NCBI RefSeq assembly: GCF_001735745.1
Contig: NZ_CP017260.1
Span: forward strand, 840,001-872,000
Length of the DNA: 32,000 nt
Source: Formosa sp. Hel1_33_131
Lineage (GTDB): Bacteria; Bacteroidota; Bacteroidia; Flavobacteriales; Flavobacteriaceae
Direction: 5' to 3'
Shown here: positions 27,704 through 32,000 of the stretch, in pieces
Numbering within the stretch: position 1 is the stretch's first letter
Layout of the letters: every line of letters begins with the position of its first letter
The notes under the pieces: generated by a model
Told to the model about the DNA's origin: nothing
The model's input: only the letters and a program-made list of their open reading frames with translations
Databases searched by the model: none
Position numbers and translations under genes: made by a program

Positions 27704-28564
27704 ATGAAGAACTTAATCATAATATTTACAATACTAGCCTTTGGAAATGTTTACCCCCAAACTGATGAAAATGGAAATCCTGTTTTTAATTCAATCATTA
27801 CAAACGAACAAGCATTTGAGAAATTTAATTTAATTTCTAATTATTACACGCTTGAAAACAATATTACAAACAAGAATTCATCAGTTTATATTTCTAAAAA
27901 ACCTTCTCTTAACGAAATTGAAAAATCTGCTACGGAATTACCTTCTGACTTTTTTATTATAACTAAAAATCAACAAATATCTAATATGATTTTAATAGTT
28001 AACGAACCACAAATGACTTTTGTTGTTATAAATATGACGTCTAACAAACAATCTGAATACGATTTTAGACTTAGAGGCGATATAACAGAAAACCGTGCGA
28101 ATGAAATCATTAAAGCTAAATATGATCCTAATGCTAAAATCAAAAAAGGGGAACTGTATTTCAATAATAAAAAATTTAAAATCATCCCCAACGAAGATCT
28201 TAACAAAGCAGTTTTGTCATTAATAAATAGAAAGGGAATAAGTGAAACTAATCCTTCAGAAATAAAAATTCCATTTCAGGAAGAATTGAAAAATATAATA
28301 TTAATTGAAACAAAAAAAGGAGGGCAACTTGATTACTTTACTGAAATAAAAGGAAAAGAGAATGACGCAATACAAATTAAACCCAGAGTATTCAGTACAA
28401 AATTAGGAATTGCTCTTTATAAATGGGGGCGTGCAACATTTGAAAATGGCGTAAATACATTGGAGGATTCTTATAAAATTTATGAAGAATTCAAAGGGCG
28501 GGATTTAAACCAAAAAGAAAAAGATTACATCAAGCTTGGGTTTAATAAAGAACTGGAGAAATAA
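27704..28564 (+). CDS. hypothetical secreted protein
   Basis: 286 aa. Signal peptide MKNLIIIFTILAFGNVYPQ. Lys/Asn/Glu-rich. No family recognised. Confidence 0.55.
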   Translation: MKNLIIIFTILAFGNVYPQTDENGNPVFNSIITNEQAFEKFNLISNYYTLENNITNKNSSVYISKKPSLNEIEKSATELPSDFFIITKNQQISNMILIVNEPQMTFVVINMTSNKQSEYDFRLRGDITENRANEIIKAKYDPNAKIKKGELYFNNKKFKIIPNEDLNKAVLSLINRKGISETNPSEIKIPFQEELKNIILIETKKGGQLDYFTEIKGKENDAIQIKPRVFSTKLGIALYKWGRATFENGVNTLEDSYKIYEEFKGRDLNQKEKDYIKLGFNKELEK

Positions 28565-28570
28565 CTGATA

Positions 28571-28609
28571 TCTTAAGACCCATTTTGAAACTACTTTAAA
28601 AATTTGTGT
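28571..28609 (+). repeat. island intergenic repeat, left-end-only copy (R5)
   Basis: TCTTAAGACCCATTTTGAAACTACTTTAAAAATTTGTGT matches the AAACCCTATTTTGAAACTCTTGTAAAAGTTTATAC of R3. Similarity stops where the TA promoter/operator region begins. Confidence 0.5.
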
Positions 28610-28610
28610 T

Positions 28611-28643
28611 TTACGTAATTAATATTTAATTTTACACGTGTAA
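28611..28643 (+). promoter_or_regulatory. two palindromes sharing TTAC/GTAA half-sites; candidate autoregulatory operator of the DUF6364-PIN module
   Basis: TTACGTAA (28611-28618) is a perfect 8-bp palindrome and TTACACGTGTAA (28632-28643) is a perfect 12-bp palindrome. They lie 10-42 nt upstream of the ATG at 28653. Confidence 0.4.
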
Positions 28644-28652
28644 CACTATGAT

Positions 28653-28898
28653 ATGGACACCAAATTAACGCTTAACGTAGATAAAACCATCATTGAAAAG
28701 GCAAAAGTATATGCTAAATCTCATAAGGTGAGTTTGTCTCATTTGATAGAATCTTATTTAGCTGCAATAGTTTCGAAAAGCAGTAAGAGAATTGAAATCA
28801 CACCCCTAGTAGAAAGTCTGAGTGGGGTGATTGATTTAGAACCAAATTTTGATTTCAAAGAAGATTACACAAATTTCTTAATTGAAAAATACAAATGA
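28653..28898 (+). CDS. DUF6364-family antitoxin (type II TA, PIN partner)
   Basis: 81 aa. The N-terminal TLNVDKTIIEKAKVYAKSHKVSLSHLIESYL pattern is recalled from the Bacteroidota DUF6364 family. A 4-nt ATGA overlap links it to the downstream PIN gene. Confidence 0.75.
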   Translation: MDTKLTLNVDKTIIEKAKVYAKSHKVSLSHLIESYLAAIVSKSSKRIEITPLVESLSGVIDLEPNFDFKEDYTNFLIEKYK

Positions 28899-29311
28899 GT
28901 AAATTATTTATTGACACAAATATTGTCTTGGATTTGCTTTCAAAACGAACACCATTTTACGAGAGTGCTGCTCAGATATTCTCGTTTGCAGATAACCATA
29001 AACTGAAGTTATCCGTGAGCGCTCTTACCTTTGCAAATACAAACTACATTTTATCCAAACTTAAGTCCGTAAAGGAAGCACGAGAAATCTTAAGAAGATT
29101 TAAGGTCCTTGTTAAAGTCTTGCCTCTTAATGATAAAATTGTTGATCTTGCCTTAAATGACGAGGCATTCAAGGATTTTGAAGACGGGCTTCAGTATTAC
29201 ACGGCTCTAGAGGTTAAACAAAATATTATCATTACACGAGATTTAAAAGGCTTTAAAAATGCTAAAATCCCAGTGATGACTGCAGAGGAATATTTGATTT
29301 CTATCACATAG
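28895..29311 (+). CDS. vapC: PIN-domain ribonuclease toxin (VapC-like)
   Basis: 138 aa. N-terminal LFIDTNIVLD acidic residue, mid DFEDGLQ and C-terminal IITRD acidic positions, consistent with the PIN catalytic set. Confidence 0.85.
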   Translation: MSKLFIDTNIVLDLLSKRTPFYESAAQIFSFADNHKLKLSVSALTFANTNYILSKLKSVKEAREILRRFKVLVKVLPLNDKIVDLALNDEAFKDFEDGLQYYTALEVKQNIIITRDLKGFKNAKIPVMTAEEYLISIT

Positions 29312-29337
29312 CTCGCTAGTGGGTAAAAATCTGTTTT

Positions 29338-30219
29338 TTAAGAATTATTATACCCAAAACGCTTCAGTTGGTTTTGGTTGGAACGCCAGTTTTTATTCAC
29401 TTTCACATACAATTCTAAGTGCACTTGTTTGCCAAAAAATTTCTCTAAATCTTTTCTAGCCTCCACGCCTACACGTTTAAGAGCGATTCCCTTATGACCA
29501 ATCACAATCCCTTTTTGTGTTTCGCGCTCTACCATAATCACAGAACGCATGCGGATGATGTCTTCCTCTTCAAAAAACTCTTCGGTATCCACCTCCACCG
29601 CATAAGGAATCTCTTTCTTATAATGGATCAAAATCTTTTCACGGATTTTTTCATTCACAAAAAACCGTTCGGGTTTGTCCGTCAATTGATCTTTCGGATA
29701 ATAGGCGGGTGATTCTGGCAATAACTCCAAAATACGGTCAAACACATTTTTTACATTAAAACCTTCCAGTGCTGAGATCGCAATAAATTCTGCATTCGGA
29801 ACTTTCTGTTGCCATAGCTGCGCTTGGGCTTCCAATTGTTCTTGGTTAGAAGTATCAATTTTATTTAACAGCAATAAAACGGGTTTCTTAGAAGCCGTAA
29901 TTCTATTAAAAAAAGCTTCATCCTTTAACTCTCTTTCGCCAATTTCAACCATATAAATTAAAATATCGGCATCTTCAAAAGCAGACTTCACAAAGTCCAT
30001 CATTGAACTTTGCAATTCATAGGCAGGCTTAATAATCCCAGGCGTATCCGAAAGAATCACCTGAAAATCATCGCCATTCACAATCCCTAAAATTCGGTGG
30101 CGCGTTGTTTGCGCCTTCGATGTAATAATGGATAATTTTTCGCCTACAAAGGCATTCATCAAGGTTGATTTTCCGACGTTGGGATTTCCGATGATATTAA
30201 CAAAACCTGCTTTGTGCAT
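29338..30219 (-). CDS. era: GTPase Era
   Basis: GNPNVGKST P-loop, DTPG, NKID, and a C-terminal KH domain (VIMVERETQKGIVIGHKGIALKRVG). Confidence 0.95.
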   Translation of the reverse strand: MHKAGFVNIIGNPNVGKSTLMNAFVGEKLSIITSKAQTTRHRILGIVNGDDFQVILSDTPGIIKPAYELQSSMMDFVKSAFEDADILIYMVEIGERELKDEAFFNRITASKKPVLLLLNKIDTSNQEQLEAQAQLWQQKVPNAEFIAISALEGFNVKNVFDRILELLPESPAYYPKDQLTDKPERFFVNEKIREKILIHYKKEIPYAVEVDTEEFFEEEDIIRMRSVIMVERETQKGIVIGHKGIALKRVGVEARKDLEKFFGKQVHLELYVKVNKNWRSNQNQLKRFGYNNS

Positions 30220-30279
30220 TTACTTTTAAATTTCCACAAAGTTACAACCTTCCTTTTAGACTATCTAAGAATTAAATAC

Positions 30280-31293
30280 TTAAGAACTTTGGGAGTCGCG
30301 CATAAAATCTTCGGCTTTGTCCACCATGGCACTGCTGCCACAAATGAACGGCACCCGTTGATGCAACTCTGTTGGAGTGATGTCCATAATTCTTGAAAAT
30401 CCATCACTGGCTTTACCATTGGCTTGCTCGGCGATGAACGCCATTGGATTACACTCATAAAGCAAGCGTAATTTTCCATTGGGGTTTTTGGAACTTGTGG
30501 GGTATAAGTAAATCCCACCTTTGATCATATTTCGATGAAAATCGGACACCAACGATCCTATATACCGCGAGGTATAAGGACGGTCTCCCTCTTCCATTTG
30601 ACAATATTTAAGATAATTTTTAATGCCCTGTGGAAAGTGAATATAATTCCCTTCATTAACCGAGTAAATTGTGCCATGCTCCGGAAACTGCATTCGCGGA
30701 TGCGACAAATAAAACGTCCCAATTGCGGGGTTAAGAGTAAACCCATTGACCCCATCGCCCGTGGTGTACACCAACATTGTAGAAGTACCATAAATAATAT
30801 AACCTGCCGCTACTTGTTCGCTTCCTTTTTGTAAAAAATCCTCTTCTTGAACAGGGGTTCCTACAGGCGTCACACGTCGGTAAATAGAGAAAATTGTTCC
30901 CACAGATACATTTACATCAATATTGGACGACCCATCTAAAGGGTCCATCAATACGATGTATTTATTTTGATGATTTTGATCGTTGCTGTTAATCGCAATA
31001 AAACTGTCTTCCTCTTCACTTGCAATGCCACACACGATGTTTCGATTGACAAGGGTTTGAATAAATTTCTCATTGGCATATACATCCAATTTTTGTTGGT
31101 CCTCTCCTTGCACATTGGTATCGCCAGCAGTGCCTAAAATATCGACTAATCCAGCTTTATTTACCTCGTAATTGACCACCTTAGCAGCCAGTCGGATGGA
31201 GTTGATCAGTCGTGATAATTCGCCAGAAGTGTATTTGAAAGAGGATTGGTGTTCTATTATAAATTCGCCTAGAGTTTGGTGTTTTTGGGACAT
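30280..31293 (-). CDS. fbp: class 1 fructose-1,6-bisphosphatase
   Basis: 337 aa. [22 protein letters not shown] metal-binding signature and the [15 protein letters not shown] block. Confidence 0.95.
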   Translation of the reverse strand: MSQKHQTLGEFIIEHQSSFKYTSGELSRLINSIRLAAKVVNYEVNKAGLVDILGTAGDTNVQGEDQQKLDVYANEKFIQTLVNRNIVCGIASEEEDSFIAINSNDQNHQNKYIVLMDPLDGSSNIDVNVSVGTIFSIYRRVTPVGTPVQEEDFLQKGSEQVAAGYIIYGTSTMLVYTTGDGVNGFTLNPAIGTFYLSHPRMQFPEHGTIYSVNEGNYIHFPQGIKNYLKYCQMEEGDRPYTSRYIGSLVSDFHRNMIKGGIYLYPTSSKNPNGKLRLLYECNPMAFIAEQANGKASDGFSRIMDITPTELHQRVPFICGSSAMVDKAEDFMRDSQSS

Positions 31294-31385
31294 TCGAGTC
31301 TAATGTTTTTACAAATATCTGAATTTTTAGACAACTACAACGTTTTCGTTGCTATTTTATTAGATAATTTTAAAACGCTTTTGAG

Positions 31386-31393
31386 TATCTTTG
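31386..31393 (+). promoter_or_regulatory. candidate -7 promoter box (TAnnTTTG) for the GNAT / aspartate kinase unit
   Basis: TATCTTTG lies 19 nt upstream of the ATG at 31412. Sequence match only. Confidence 0.25.
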
Positions 31394-31411
31394 AATTTGC
31401 AAATACAAACA

Positions 31412-31894
31412 ATGAACTATCACATTAGAAAAGCAGTAACAAGCGATATGAAACAAGTTTTAGACTTGATTACAGAACTCGCCATTTTTGAAAAAGAACC
31501 CGATGCCGTTGAAGTCACAGAAGCGGACTTAATCGCCAAAGGATTTGGAGACAGTCCCGAGTTTGATTGTTTTGTGGCAGAATCCGATCAAAAAGTAATT
31601 GGGATTGCGTTGGTTTATACCCGGTTTTCAACATGGAAAGGCACCGTGTTGCACTTAGAAGATTTGATTGTTTCGGAAAGCGTACGGGGTCACGGCGTTG
31701 GATCGGCTCTCTTAGATCAAGTGATTATTTATGGAAATGAAAAAGGCGTCAAGCGCGTCTGTTGGGAAGTCATTGATTGGAATACCCCAGCCATTGATTT
31801 TTATGAGCACAAGGGCGCCCGTGTGATGCGCGACTGGAATGTTGTGCAGTTAGACGCTCAAGGAATTAAAAATTATATCTCAAACATAAACTGA
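31412..31894 (+). CDS. GNAT family N-acetyltransferase
   Basis: Start placed at the ATG at 31412 (MNYHIRKA); the track start at 31391 is a TTG. VRGHGVGSALL acetyl-CoA-binding motif (R/QxxGxG/A). Confidence 0.85.
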   Translation: MNYHIRKAVTSDMKQVLDLITELAIFEKEPDAVEVTEADLIAKGFGDSPEFDCFVAESDQKVIGIALVYTRFSTWKGTVLHLEDLIVSESVRGHGVGSALLDQVIIYGNEKGVKRVCWEVIDWNTPAIDFYEHKGARVMRDWNVVQLDAQGIKNYISNIN

Positions 31895-32000
31895 TGCAGT
31901 TATTTAAATTTGGTGGTGCTTCCGTAAAGGATGCAGAAGGAGTCAAAAATTTAGCCCATGTCTTATCGACTGTTGGCTACAGCAATACACTGATTGTGGT
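31894..32000 (+). CDS. lysC: aspartate kinase, 5' fragment running off the window
   Basis: The ATG overlaps the GNAT stop (TGATG). Translates to MQLFKFGGASVKDAEGVKNLAHVLSTVGYSNTLIV, the aspartokinase N-terminal KFGGxS motif. Confidence 0.7.
   Translation, partial: MQLFKFGGASVKDAEGVKNLAHVLSTVGYSNTLIV

Noticed and set aside
30214-30834. ORFs overlapping fbp and the era-fbp spacer (30214-30396, 30261-30518, 30535-30834, 30558-30791)
   Set aside because: They are embedded in or antisense to the unambiguous fbp frame and have no motifs.
1-32000. CRISPR arrays, rRNA/tRNA genes, transposases or integrases anywhere in the window
   Set aside because: I saw no regularly spaced short direct repeats, no T-loop or anticodon-arm structures in intergenic regions, and no ORF with DDE, tyrosine- or serine-recombinase motifs. 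This was by-eye inspection only.

Overview
This is a low-GC Bacteroidota chromosomal window that looks Flavobacteriaceae-like: it has a T9SS C-terminal sorting domain, GSCFA and DUF6364/PIN families, TAnnTTTG-type promoter boxes and no obvious Shine-Dalgarno sequences. Housekeeping genes fill both flanks. The left ~18.6 kb holds an M3 peptidase, gcvP, a KASIII-like/methyltransferase/GT2 trio, ilvE, an enoyl-CoA hydratase, GSCFA, alaS, an M23-MerR-LemA-TPM-TPM operon and der. The right ~2.7 kb holds era, fbp, a GNAT and the start of an aspartate kinase. Between der and era lies a ~10.7 kb accessory island (about 18606-29337) that is visibly more AT-rich, with every ORF on the + strand. It encodes two toxin-antitoxin modules, several signal-peptide or lipoprotein ORFs of unknown function, a 3-TM protein resembling conflict-system membrane effectors, and a large T9SS-secreted metzincin. 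One TA module is a zeta-like ATPase with an overlapping 50-aa ORF absent from the supplied track; the other is DUF6364/PIN. The most unusual signal is a family of co-oriented intergenic repeats of roughly 140 bp. There are three near-full copies plus half, split and degenerate copies, and they sit between gene modules and divide the island into cassette-like units. Two copies 5 kb apart match at 66 of 69 aligned positions. The repeat carries RYYYAAC-like and GTTAAGG boxes about 80 bp apart around an imperfect hairpin, so an integrase-less cassette array (attC-like sites) is one hypothesis. The substitutions I can see fit a + strand RNA fold at least as well, and conservation extends beyond both boxes. 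No integrase, transposase, tRNA, rRNA or CRISPR array is visible in the window. All functional calls rest on motifs read by eye and recollection of protein families; no searches were run.
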